Positions 45,336 to 54,352 of a stretch of DNA of 64,000 bases are shown here, one piece after another. Origin of the DNA: a candidate division TM6 bacterium GW2011_GWF2_37_49. Lineage in GTDB: Bacteria; Babelota; Babeliae; Babelales; RVW-14. A program made the position numbers and the translations under genes. The notes under the pieces are model-generated. The model was not told the DNA's origin and did not search any database. It worked only from the letters and a program-made list of their open reading frames with translations. The stretch is taken from the NCBI GenBank assembly GCA_000989955.1, contig LBTE01000002.1:85326-149325 (forward strand), in the 5' to 3' direction. Position 1 is the stretch's first letter. Every line of letters begins with the position of its first letter.

Positions 45336-46133
45336 GTGGATTGTGGTGGTCAAGTGAAAAAACCTATAGTTATTGTTCTTAATGGTCCGTCGTGTGCTGG
45401 TAAATCAACGATTGCTAAATGTTTTCTTTCAAAAGTTGATCAACGCGATTGGGCTATGGTTGATTTTGATAATGTAACTGAAAAAGAGGCTGGTGTTAAA
45501 GATAGAGATTCCGATGAAGATATAGAGCGTAAATTACATGAATGTCTTATAGAAAAAATAAAAAAGGCTTTGGGTAAAGGTAAAAATGTTGTTTGTGATA
45601 CGATATTGAGGGATGAGGCATTGGTAAATTTATACAAAAGCATACAAAAATGTAAGCTTTTTATGTGCTTTATTCACAATCCTATTCCTAGATTGATTAA
45701 ACATTTAGAAGCTCGAAATATTGTTGCAAGGAAGGTTGTCGATGAGTATAGATATTTAGAAAAGCGTAGTTTTAAACAGGTTTTAATAGATTTTGGACGT
45801 TTTTATTTACCGAGCGGATCAGTCTCCTGTTTAGGTGAATTATCTAGGCAACAGATGGATGTTGTTTTTAAGAGTAACGAAGCTAAAGTATTTGCCGCAG
45901 ATGTATATAATAAAAATGGTCAATGTCCTGGTAGTCCACGTTCTGGTAGTCCACAGCCATTGAACGAATTGATAGATAAACTTTTATCGGTTTATCCAGT
46001 ATTTAAATATCTAAACTACTGTGAAAAATTTCCGATACAGTTAGTGGCATATGATTTATATGATTTGATAATTGATAATGAATTGCCGGAGTTATCATCC
46101 TCAATAATTTTGAATGTTATTCAACAAAACTAG
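45336..46133 (+). CDS. P-loop kinase, chloramphenicol-phosphotransferase-like (tandem paralog 2)
   Basis: Walker A IVLNGPSCAGKSTIAKCF. Collinear with 44457..45305. GTG start in the track. Confidence 0.55.
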   Translation: MDCGGQVKKPIVIVLNGPSCAGKSTIAKCFLSKVDQRDWAMVDFDNVTEKEAGVKDRDSDEDIERKLHECLIEKIKKALGKGKNVVCDTILRDEALVNLYKSIQKCKLFMCFIHNPIPRLIKHLEARNIVARKVVDEYRYLEKRSFKQVLIDFGRFYLPSGSVSCLGELSRQQMDVVFKSNEAKVFAADVYNKNGQCPGSPRSGSPQPLNELIDKLLSVYPVFKYLNYCEKFPIQLVAYDLYDLIIDNELPELSSSIILNVIQQN

Positions 46134-46160
46134 ATTTTTTAACACTTGCACATAAAAAAT

Positions 46161-46218
46161 CAAGATTCAAAAAAAATAGGGCTTTGCTTTAACAAAGCCC
46201 TATTTTTTTTGAATCTTG
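46161..46218 (+). terminator. 26-bp perfect inverted repeat / strong bidirectional terminator
   Basis: CAAGATTCAAAAAAAATAGGGCTTTG-ctttaa-CAAAGCCCTATTTTTTTTGAATCTTG. Confidence 0.7.
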
Positions 46219-46290
46219 ATTTTTTTGCTATGTTTTGTTTATAAAAAAGTAGTTGTTTTGGGAAATTATTAATTAAAAAAGGGGTGGACA

Positions 46291-47490
46291 ATGCAGCTAT
46301 ATCAATTTTGTATAAATAAATTTAGCATTTTATGTTTTTGTATATTTTCTTTAAGCGTTAATCAGGTTATGGCCAACAGGTCGTCGATGGTTTTTATTAA
46401 TGAAACGGAGTCCATTTATAGCCATAATTCCATGTTGTTTAGATATGATTTAAAATCAGGCAATAGCGTATTAATAGATTATTTAAATTCAAGCGAACGC
46501 TATAAAAAAAAATTTGCCGATATCGCAATATCTCGCCAAGACGGTTATACCTGGTCAGTAGTTAAAAATCAAGGAGATGACTATTTTGTTTATTTTTCAA
46601 ATTCGTCGTTTGGTTGTACAAATGTAATTAAAAATTACAATTTAAAAGATGCTAAGGTCAATGATCCTAAATTTTGTAATGAAATTTTTTTATCGCAAGA
46701 TGCTAAATCGATCGTGGCCTTACGTGAACAATGTCAGAATCGTTCTGTGATTTTGTTAAATTTATCGAATGGTAGGATTTATGAGTTGGATCCGGCAATA
46801 CAAGCTGATATTTTATCGAATGAGTTTCGTACTCTTGATATGACAAATGATGGAAAAGTTGTTGTTTTTAATGTTTACAGGGGTGGTGGATTATATATTT
46901 GGCAGCCAGAAGAAAATACTGTTTATCCTGTTCATTCTGATTTAGGTGGGGAGTATTTTTATGATTTTGCGCTTTCACCTGACGGATCTAAGGTGTTATC
47001 AATTTCAGATCATGGTGCTGAGCTTTGGGATGTTATGTCTAGACGTTTTGAGTATATTTTTAGATGGGATAATAATTCAAAAAATTTAGAAACATTCAGT
47101 TGTCCACCAAAAGTTGATGGATGGGCCATTGATAGCAAAATTTATTATCGCTCTCGACCGAATTTCTCTTTTAATCCTGACGTTAAAATAGACGATAAAG
47201 ATAAATCAAAGCCTCCTTTTATGTGGGGTGATGTTAAAAAATCTATGTTTTCACAGGATTCAAGATTCGTATTTATGTTAACGGAATTGAATGGATATTT
47301 TAAAGGATTCGCGCCATGGCGTTTAAATATATTTGATATACAAAAAACGACTATGATTCAATCTATTGATATTTCAAGCTTAACAGATATCCCAGACTTT
47401 ATGACACTTTCTCCAGATATGTGTCAGCTTTTAATCATGTGTAGGGATGGTCAAATCGCTCACATACCTGTGAATTTGCAAACTACTTAA
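46291..47490 (+). CDS. Exported protein with beta-propeller-like (WD40/TolB-like) repeats
   Basis: Signal-like N-terminus. Repeat-like strands, e.g. LSPDGSKVLSISDHGAELWDV, MTNDGKVVVFNVYRGGGLYIW, FSQDSRFVFMLTE. Confidence 0.45.
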   Translation: MQLYQFCINKFSILCFCIFSLSVNQVMANRSSMVFINETESIYSHNSMLFRYDLKSGNSVLIDYLNSSERYKKKFADIAISRQDGYTWSVVKNQGDDYFVYFSNSSFGCTNVIKNYNLKDAKVNDPKFCNEIFLSQDAKSIVALREQCQNRSVILLNLSNGRIYELDPAIQADILSNEFRTLDMTNDGKVVVFNVYRGGGLYIWQPEENTVYPVHSDLGGEYFYDFALSPDGSKVLSISDHGAELWDVMSRRFEYIFRWDNNSKNLETFSCPPKVDGWAIDSKIYYRSRPNFSFNPDVKIDDKDKSKPPFMWGDVKKSMFSQDSRFVFMLTELNGYFKGFAPWRLNIFDIQKTTMIQSIDISSLTDIPDFMTLSPDMCQLLIMCRDGQIAHIPVNLQTT

Positions 47491-47933
47491 TTAGCTTGAT
47501 CTTTTTTGCCAGGTTTCCAGTTTTTAAGCAGCTGTTGAAACAAAATCTGTTGAGAGTTTAAATTATCGTATTTGTGGCTTTTTATTTTTTTGTTTGCTTG
47601 ACTGGTGCTTTGATAAATAGTTTTTATGTTTATGTCGGCAAGATTAATCTTTTTCAATAAAGGCAATATTTCTTGGTTTGTCAAAACATTGTCTTGTTCC
47701 TTGACTAAGCTTTCTATCAGGCTATTTTCCATGGCAAGCAAAAAATTAATAACAGTAGGATAAAACTTTTCGATCATATCCATATCCGGTTTATCAGGTA
47801 ACTGATTCAATTGTTGAATGAGTCCGTTTTTTAGTGCATTTTTTACAATGTTATCAATTACATTTTTTTCATTTTTGACAATCCACTCAAGCAATATCAA
47901 AAGTTCAAGAGAGATTGAGATATCCACGTCCAT
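47487..47933 (-). CDS. Hypothetical protein
   Basis: 148-aa ORF with no recognisable domain. Its stop shares TTAA with the stop of the convergent 46291..47490. Confidence 0.4.
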   Translation of the reverse strand: MDVDISISLELLILLEWIVKNEKNVIDNIVKNALKNGLIQQLNQLPDKPDMDMIEKFYPTVINFLLAMENSLIESLVKEQDNVLTNQEILPLLKKINLADINIKTIYQSTSQANKKIKSHKYDNLNSQQILFQQLLKNWKPGKKDQAN

Positions 47934-48087
47934 TTTTGTTCCTTTGCAGCAATGCCTTTGAGAAGTCTAAATGTTGTTAGAAGTATAAAAGTTTTTGACC
48001 ATTTTTGTAACATAAATTTAAATAAGCAGATTTTTTTGTAGTTATTTATTGAGAGATTGGTATTTTTTAATAAAATTGTGATAAATT

Positions 48088-49452
48088 ATGAAAGCGCGGA
48101 TTAAATATTTTCAGACTGAAAGGGAGAGTATGATTCAATATTTCAAAAAAAGCGTTAAATTTATTGCAGTATTATTTTTCGTTTTAGATACAGGGTATTC
48201 TGTTTCTTGGCGGGCGGATGATTTTTTTGGTGATTGGATGCAATGGCAGCACAGTTACTCTCCTCAATTGCTTTCGAGTATGAAAGATCACTTAAATAGC
48301 AATTTTTTAAATGGGTTTAAAGTAAAATACGGGAAGCATCAAGATGAATTGAAGCAGATGGTTCCTTTTTTGTCTTGGTTTGGACATGGTTTATTTGTTT
48401 GTAATGGTCAACTTGGTTCTGATCTTAATCTGTTAGAATGTCATGATAAATTTGGGCAAGTTTATGAATGGTTGGGCACAAATCCTGGAAGCTTATTGTC
48501 ATTTCTTAAAAATGACTCAAATTTTACGAATGAAGAAATAAACTTGTTAGAGCAAAATTCAGATATTAATGCCGTTATTAATAAATATAAATCATTTGCC
48601 AAGCTGCTTTTTGCTTGTCCAGATAAGCATTTGCGTGGAGCATATCTTTTTTCATTAGCGGATCAACTCTTCAAGTGGTGCTTTTCTCCAGAACATTGGT
48701 CAGAGTTTAAGTCATATCTTGAAGATCCAAAAAGCCATCCGGTTGCCCGATTTGCGTATTCAATTATGTGGAATTATTTAGTGGGCCGTGGCTGGAAAGA
48801 TTGGAATGCAAAAGCAATTGAAGATATAAAACAAAAAACGCAACACGGAGCTACGTTGGTCTATGTTGCGGGTGGAACAGATATTTTACAGCTTTTAAAG
48901 AACAAAATTTACAATATTTATATCATTGATCCATTTCTTCCAACACAGGGCCGATATTATTCAGATTCTTCTTGGGAGCGTTGGATAAAGGGTTCTGGCA
49001 AAGATTTTGGAAAAGGCGATTCTGTTGTTTTTGATTTTAACGATCACAAAATCTCGATGGTTAGAAGCGATTTTAAGAAAAACGGTGAGTTTCAAGCCAA
49101 AGTTTCGACTGGAGAACCTGTGAAATTAGACTCATCCGTTACTGAGTGGACTGTTATTGGTGCCCGTGGCAAAATTTTGGGCAAGGTAGTTTTTGATAGA
49201 CGTTTTGCAACGCAGAGCGATTTTTGTACATCAAAAAATAGGGTTGTATTCATGTCTTTCAATGAAATGTATCATGCCTTCCAACCAACCAAAAATGGCG
49301 GCTGGGGCATGGATTTATCAAAGATTTCTGATAATTCCAATATTTATATTAAACAGCTTACATTTCCTGTAAATAAGGCGTATTTAAATGCAATAAATGA
49401 ATCGGAAGCAATAAAATTTAATTTTATAAGACTTGGTAGCTGTGCAACATAA
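48088..49452 (+). CDS. Hypothetical exported protein
   Basis: 454-aa ORF. Hydrophobic N-terminal segment VKFIAVLFFVLDTGYS. No recognisable domain. Confidence 0.5.
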   Translation: MKARIKYFQTERESMIQYFKKSVKFIAVLFFVLDTGYSVSWRADDFFGDWMQWQHSYSPQLLSSMKDHLNSNFLNGFKVKYGKHQDELKQMVPFLSWFGHGLFVCNGQLGSDLNLLECHDKFGQVYEWLGTNPGSLLSFLKNDSNFTNEEINLLEQNSDINAVINKYKSFAKLLFACPDKHLRGAYLFSLADQLFKWCFSPEHWSEFKSYLEDPKSHPVARFAYSIMWNYLVGRGWKDWNAKAIEDIKQKTQHGATLVYVAGGTDILQLLKNKIYNIYIIDPFLPTQGRYYSDSSWERWIKGSGKDFGKGDSVVFDFNDHKISMVRSDFKKNGEFQAKVSTGEPVKLDSSVTEWTVIGARGKILGKVVFDRRFATQSDFCTSKNRVVFMSFNEMYHAFQPTKNGGWGMDLSKISDNSNIYIKQLTFPVNKAYLNAINESEAIKFNFIRLGSCAT

Positions 49453-49453
49453 T

Positions 49454-50731
49454 TTAGTGTTGTAGATCAACAAAGGCGTTGATACCTCTGACAATTCCTA
49501 GAGCTATGTTTTTTTGGTACATGTCATTTGTTAGCTGGAGGGCCTCTTTGTGGTTTGTTAAAAACCCAACTTCTACGAGCGCCGCAGGTATTGGGCTTCT
49601 AAGCAAAACTCTGAATCTATCGGCCTTTATTCCCCGATCTTTGATGTTGATGCTTTGTTCATGAAGGTGATTGACTAGAGTGTTTTGAATGAGTGTCGCT
49701 AGTTGTTGAGATGTTTGTGTATTATTTTTTAAATATTTATCAACCGCTTCCAGAATCGACAGATTTTTTTTTAGGTTCATAAATAAAAAGCCGCCGCGTC
49801 GAGTTGGAGATACAAATTCTTTGGTATCCAGATAAAATGTTTCAACACCGCTTGCGGCACCGCCTTTGCCGCCATCTGAGTTTACGTGTATTGATACAAA
49901 AAGATTGGCATTGAGTTGTTCTGCCAATTTTGATCGCTCGATAAGTGTTAAATTTGTATCTTCATTTCGTGTGAGCAATACCTTGAATCCATCGTCTTGA
50001 AGCATAGTTTTTGTTTTTTTTGCAATCAAAAGTGCGAGATCTTTTTCTTTTAAATTAAAGCTTTTTGCTCCATCATCCTCTCCGCCGTGTCCTGGGTCAA
50101 TAACTATGCGCAAGTCTTTTTTTTTTGACAGTGGCTGGTCTGTATTTGTTGAGTCACTGGCATAAAAATCGTTTTTTACGTATAAAATTGTCTGATTTTT
50201 ATTTTGTAGGTTATCGAGCGCTTCTTGCGAAAAAATATCGATGACCAGGCGGTTTGGGTCTTCCATTTTACACCACTTTATTAGGAGCCTGTTTGCAATC
50301 TTGACAGCTTTGTTTATGTCGTTTTTATCTTTTTCTTCTCGCGTTTTGGCAAACTCAAGTATTAACGCCACTTTTGAAATGTTTTTATTTTTCTCTAAAA
50401 CAAAAACATTTTTGAGTAACCCGTCTTGTTTTAGTTGACTTAGTTTCTCCATAACCTGTTTTGCGCAAAATTGTTGTTGATGCATGCCTGGAAAAGTTAG
50501 TTTTAATTGAAAATTATCTTTTAAAATCTTTTTTTTGAAATAAATCGGTTGCGAAAAGTCTAACATAATCTGTGTTGACAGTTTACCCTTGTAAACCTCT
50601 ATCCAGTTCAGTCTGTTGACCTCCTGAAATTTGTTATTTATTGCGTTGCCTGCCGGTGTTGCAGCCTCAATATCTTGAGTAGTGCCGCTAAATAATGCGC
50701 ACAAAAAAAGTGCAAAATATAAATTTTTCAT
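49454..50731 (-). CDS. N-acetylmuramoyl-L-alanine amidase (AmiC-like: AMIN-type N-domain plus Amidase_3)
   Basis: RIVIDPGHGGEDDGAKS, EKDLALLIAKKTKTMLQDDGFKVLLTRNEDTNLTLIERSKLAEQLNANLFVSIHVNS, GVETFYL. Confidence 0.85.
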   Translation of the reverse strand: MKNLYFALFLCALFSGTTQDIEAATPAGNAINNKFQEVNRLNWIEVYKGKLSTQIMLDFSQPIYFKKKILKDNFQLKLTFPGMHQQQFCAKQVMEKLSQLKQDGLLKNVFVLEKNKNISKVALILEFAKTREEKDKNDINKAVKIANRLLIKWCKMEDPNRLVIDIFSQEALDNLQNKNQTILYVKNDFYASDSTNTDQPLSKKKDLRIVIDPGHGGEDDGAKSFNLKEKDLALLIAKKTKTMLQDDGFKVLLTRNEDTNLTLIERSKLAEQLNANLFVSIHVNSDGGKGGAASGVETFYLDTKEFVSPTRRGGFLFMNLKKNLSILEAVDKYLKNNTQTSQQLATLIQNTLVNHLHEQSINIKDRGIKADRFRVLLRSPIPAALVEVGFLTNHKEALQLTNDMYQKNIALGIVRGINAFVDLQH

Positions 50732-50934
50732 CCCCCGTCCTCCCCCTTTTATTCATAGCAAATGTACGAGCATTATTGCAATGTTATTGCTTATAAATTG
50801 TTATGAGTCATCTTCATACCAAGGTTATCAGGTTAGGATTTGAAAAAGCAATTAATTTAAAATAGGCATAGTTTTGGCCCACACTGAATTAATATATTTC
50901 TATTTTAAATTAATTTGTGTTTTGTTATAAAAAA

Positions 50935-51079
50935 CAAGATTTGTTTTTGCAGTTTTTGGAAAACTTATTCGCCAGCCACGTCCCAGTCATGGCCAGAAGC
51001 TCGAATCTAAAAACTTGTTTATTTCTTGAAAGAGCTGATGCACACCTGTGTTACGCAAGTGTGCATCAATGTATGACCG
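50935..51079 (-). repeat. Dispersed intergenic repeat family, copy 10 (reverse)
   Basis: Reverse complement reads CGGTCATACATTGATG ... TTTTTAGATTCGAGCTTCTGGCCATGACTGGGACGTGGCTGGCGAATAAG ... CCAAAAACTGCAAAAACAA. Confidence 0.8.
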
Positions 51080-51082
51080 TGT

Positions 51083-52426
51083 TTATAATGGTTTTGCTTG
51101 ACCTGTGTGATGCGTTAACTGCCAAGCAGCTCTTGATTGACCTGTTTGCAATCTTGTGTAGCAGAAAGGATTGTTGTAATGTAAAACATCTCTACCGCCA
51201 TACAAAATACAAATAAATGGATTTTCTGTATCAATTTTGTCTAAAATGCGAGCCTGGCTTTCGATTGTAATTGTCGTATAACCTGCTTTGATGTGCTGAT
51301 TGCCGCAAAAAGATGCCTGCAGATGGTGATCGATAAATGGTTGAAGTACTGTTTCATTGAAATACTGCCCGCTGATGCAATTCCACCGTTGTACGCTATG
51401 GTCGAACAATATTGAAACATATCTTTTTAGCGGAAACTGTACAAAGCCGTCTCTTAAGCAATTGAATGCTTCATCCCAATAAGGTGGATTTGCATGCGAG
51501 GCAGTTATAATCGATCCATCGCTTGCGACTAGCAATAACTCGGGAAGTAGGGCTTGGGAAACGGCTTTAGACATATCAAAACAGTGCTCGTCGTCAGACG
51601 CTTGCTCATTAAAACAAGCACGAAATCCATGAGTATTATCTCCCAAAAAACAATTAGTGTCATCATGGTTGCCGCGCATTAAAAATACATTGTTTGGATT
51701 CAGGCATTTTAAAGTAAACAGTACAGCCAGAACGGCTTTAGGATGTGGGCCACGGTCGACATAATCACCCAAAAATATGAAATAATTGTTTTGCGTTGCT
51801 TTCAAATCGTTATCAAGATAACCTTTTGCTATCCAGTCATTGATTATCAGCGTCAATGCATCATCTTCGGCATGAATGTCTCCAACGAAATTTAGATTTG
51901 CTTCCGCGGGAATGTGCTTAATTTGAGCGTATGGATCAGCATAGTCTTTAGTGTTATCGAAACCCTGGCCTCGCAGTTGAGCTGTGACGCTTAAAAATAC
52001 TGCAGTTATTTTGAGAAGATGCTGTTCCATGACTTGCACTGCTTGGTCATAAGGTTCATCATCGTTTTTTGTTTTTCCTTGTAAGAGGGTGCACAGGATT
52101 TCTTTAGCATCATGAATGCTATCTTTATGATTTTGATCAATTATTGCAGGCGCAATTTCAGTTGAATTGTGCAAAAATTTTGCAACAAGAGCAACAACAC
52201 CAACAGATGCTACCGCTGCCACTCCTAGGCCGGCAATGATAGCAGGGGTGCTTTTTTTAGCTTTGCCCCTTGTTTTCGCTGGAGTTTTTACTTCGCCTGC
52301 TTCGACGTCTTTGACAACTTCAGTTGATTTCGCCTCAACATTATCTAATTCAACTTCAGCTTTAGATTCAATAATAAACGGATATGCGCATAAAAAAAGT
52401 AAGAAAAAAGCTCTACGATTAAACAT
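51083..52426 (-). CDS. PPP-family (eukaryote-like) Ser/Thr protein phosphatase with signal peptide and TM anchor
   Basis: GDIHAEDD (GDxHG-like), FLGDYVDRGPH (GDxVDRG), FLMRGNHD (GNHD/E). N-terminal signal plus TM AIIAGLGVAAVASVGVVALVAKFL. Confidence 0.8.
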   Translation of the reverse strand: MFNRRAFFLLFLCAYPFIIESKAEVELDNVEAKSTEVVKDVEAGEVKTPAKTRGKAKKSTPAIIAGLGVAAVASVGVVALVAKFLHNSTEIAPAIIDQNHKDSIHDAKEILCTLLQGKTKNDDEPYDQAVQVMEQHLLKITAVFLSVTAQLRGQGFDNTKDYADPYAQIKHIPAEANLNFVGDIHAEDDALTLIINDWIAKGYLDNDLKATQNNYFIFLGDYVDRGPHPKAVLAVLFTLKCLNPNNVFLMRGNHDDTNCFLGDNTHGFRACFNEQASDDEHCFDMSKAVSQALLPELLLVASDGSIITASHANPPYWDEAFNCLRDGFVQFPLKRYVSILFDHSVQRWNCISGQYFNETVLQPFIDHHLQASFCGNQHIKAGYTTITIESQARILDKIDTENPFICILYGGRDVLHYNNPFCYTRLQTGQSRAAWQLTHHTGQAKPL

Positions 52427-52690
52427 TATTTGGCAATCCTTAAATTTATTAAATTAATTTTGTCAGTAAAATAATTTTACATGAATTATAGTTTATGTAA
52501 AATGGCTTTTATGTTTTTAAATCCGACATATAAGGTTAAAATGCTTGTAAGCTTTATGTTTGAAAATAAAAAGCATGTTTGGCAAGGCTTTTTTGGCTCA
52601 TTGCGTCGGTTTTATTGGCCAATCTTTGATTTAACCCAAAAAATATGCAATATTTTTGGAGCTGAGTTTACTTAAAATTGAAAGATTTGT

Positions 52691-53617
52691 ATGAAAATTG
52701 AAGTAAATATTCCGTTAAGTGATAAAAATTGGTTTTGCACTGGTGGCTGCGCAAGGTGTTTTTGTGAGCCTGCAACCGAGCAAGAGTTTGCAACTGCTCT
52801 ATGTTTTGCCAAAGACAAAGGCCTAGAAGTGTTTGTGCTTGGCCTGGGAGCAAATATTTTAATAAGTGATGATGGTTTTGATGGACTGGTGATCAGGCCG
52901 GCGTTACATCAGATCAAAATGCTGACTGATGGCCTTGTTTGTGCTGGTGCTGGCGTTAAAATACAAGATTTAATTGATTTTTGCTTGGACAATAATCTGC
53001 TGGGGCTGGAAGAATTCAGCGGCATCCCTGGCACGGTTGGCGGGTCGGTTTTTATAAACATTCATTACATGACTTACTTTCTGGCCGATTTTTTGGTTAG
53101 TGCCAGGGTTATTGATAAAAACAGTGGACAGGTGCTTAATGTTGACAAGGCCTGGTTCAATTTTGGTTATGATCAGTCAAAATTATTCGACGAACATAAT
53201 TTTTTGGTTAGTGCAACGTTTAAGCTTAAGCAAGGCTCTTCTATCGAGGCCGCCTACTGCAAAGGCCGTCGTGATGAAACGATTCGCCATCGTAATCGAC
53301 GATATCCGATGTCAAACACGTGTGGCAGCTTTTTTCGCAATTTTCATGAAAACGAAGTTCCGTTTTTGATCAACGGCAAGAAGATGTTATTTGTGGCTTA
53401 TTATCTGGATAAGCTTGGAATAAAGGGCGAGTTGGCCGTTGGCAACGCCGTTGTTTCGCACCAACACGTTAATATGCTGGTTACTCGGACAGGAGCCACA
53501 AGTGCCGACGTGATAAATCTAGCAAAAACAATGCAGGCTATGGTCAAAGAAAAATTTGGGATTGTGCCGCACGCAGAGTGTCGGCTTGTTGGGTTTAAAA
53601 ATTTAGTTTTGGATTGA
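52691..53617 (+). CDS. murB: UDP-N-acetylenolpyruvoylglucosamine reductase
   Basis: NWFCTGGCARCFCEP, VFVLGLGANILISDDGFDGLVI, GIPGTVGGSVFINIH, GSFFRN. Confidence 0.9.
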   Translation: MKIEVNIPLSDKNWFCTGGCARCFCEPATEQEFATALCFAKDKGLEVFVLGLGANILISDDGFDGLVIRPALHQIKMLTDGLVCAGAGVKIQDLIDFCLDNNLLGLEEFSGIPGTVGGSVFINIHYMTYFLADFLVSARVIDKNSGQVLNVDKAWFNFGYDQSKLFDEHNFLVSATFKLKQGSSIEAAYCKGRRDETIRHRNRRYPMSNTCGSFFRNFHENEVPFLINGKKMLFVAYYLDKLGIKGELAVGNAVVSHQHVNMLVTRTGATSADVINLAKTMQAMVKEKFGIVPHAECRLVGFKNLVLD

Positions 53618-53619
53618 TG

Positions 53620-53652
53620 TTATCGGGGCCTACAGAACGCAGGCCCCGATAA
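53620..53652. terminator. 12-bp hairpin between the convergent murB and hsp20-like genes
   Basis: TTATCGGGGCCT-acagaacgc-AGGCCCCGATAA. U-runs are weak. Confidence 0.5.
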
Positions 53653-53657
53653 CTTTA

Positions 53658-54212
53658 TTATTTAGAATCAAATGTTGAATCTTCTTCAGATTTGATCGAA
53701 AGTTTTCTTTCCGATTCTGTTTTTTTCTTAAGCGGAATACTAATTTTTAAGATTCCGTTTTTGTAGGTGCTTTCAATTGTTTTGCCCAGATCAACATCAA
53801 ATTCTTTGGTATCGATTTCTCGTAAATCGAGTCTGAAAGCCTTTATTTTGGACTCTCTGGACTTAAATATGTATTTAGTTACGCCTGAATCGCTTTCCTC
53901 TGTTTTTTCTTCGGAGACCTTTTTTTCTGCACTGATTTTAAGAACCTTGTCTTCGGTGATTGAAGCATTGATCTCTGTTATGTCAAATCCGGCAAAGCTA
54001 AATTCAAACTCTAAGCGCTTGCTGTCTTCGTCCAGTCGTATGCTTTTTAGCGTGCCCATCGATGCAAGCTCAAGATTTTTCAAAAAAGAGCCGACCTGAC
54101 TTTCAAATTTTCTGATCTCGTCAAACCACGGAGCCATCCCCATAGCTTTGGGGCAAGCTGCAGCCAAAAATAAAAATGTCGCTGTTGTGAGTGATCTTGT
54201 TGTCGTTTTCAT
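53658..54212 (-). CDS. Hsp20/alpha-crystallin family small heat-shock protein with a predicted signal peptide
   Basis: ACD: FDITEINASITEDKVLKISAEKK ... STYKNGILKISIPLKK. Start at 54212 is preferred (AAGGAGG SD). N-terminus MKTTTRSLTTATFLFLAAACPKAMG. Confidence 0.8.
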   Translation of the reverse strand: MKTTTRSLTTATFLFLAAACPKAMGMAPWFDEIRKFESQVGSFLKNLELASMGTLKSIRLDEDSKRLEFEFSFAGFDITEINASITEDKVLKISAEKKVSEEKTEESDSGVTKYIFKSRESKIKAFRLDLREIDTKEFDVDLGKTIESTYKNGILKISIPLKKKTESERKLSIKSEEDSTFDSK

Positions 54213-54352
54213 GAAACGCCTCCTTAAATATAAAAAGTTAATAAAAGTGAATACCACATATAAAAATAAACCGAAAATTGGGTATTTTGTCAAGATTTGG
54301 GAAACTGAAAAATATATTTTTTTACATAAAACGCTATATTATTCGATGTACC

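Noticed and set aside
47487-47490. 4-nt TTAA overlap of convergent stop codons (46291..47490 and 47487..47933) as a regulatory feature.
   Set aside because: This is most simply a compact-genome coincidence. The minus-strand 148-aa ORF is itself only weakly supported.
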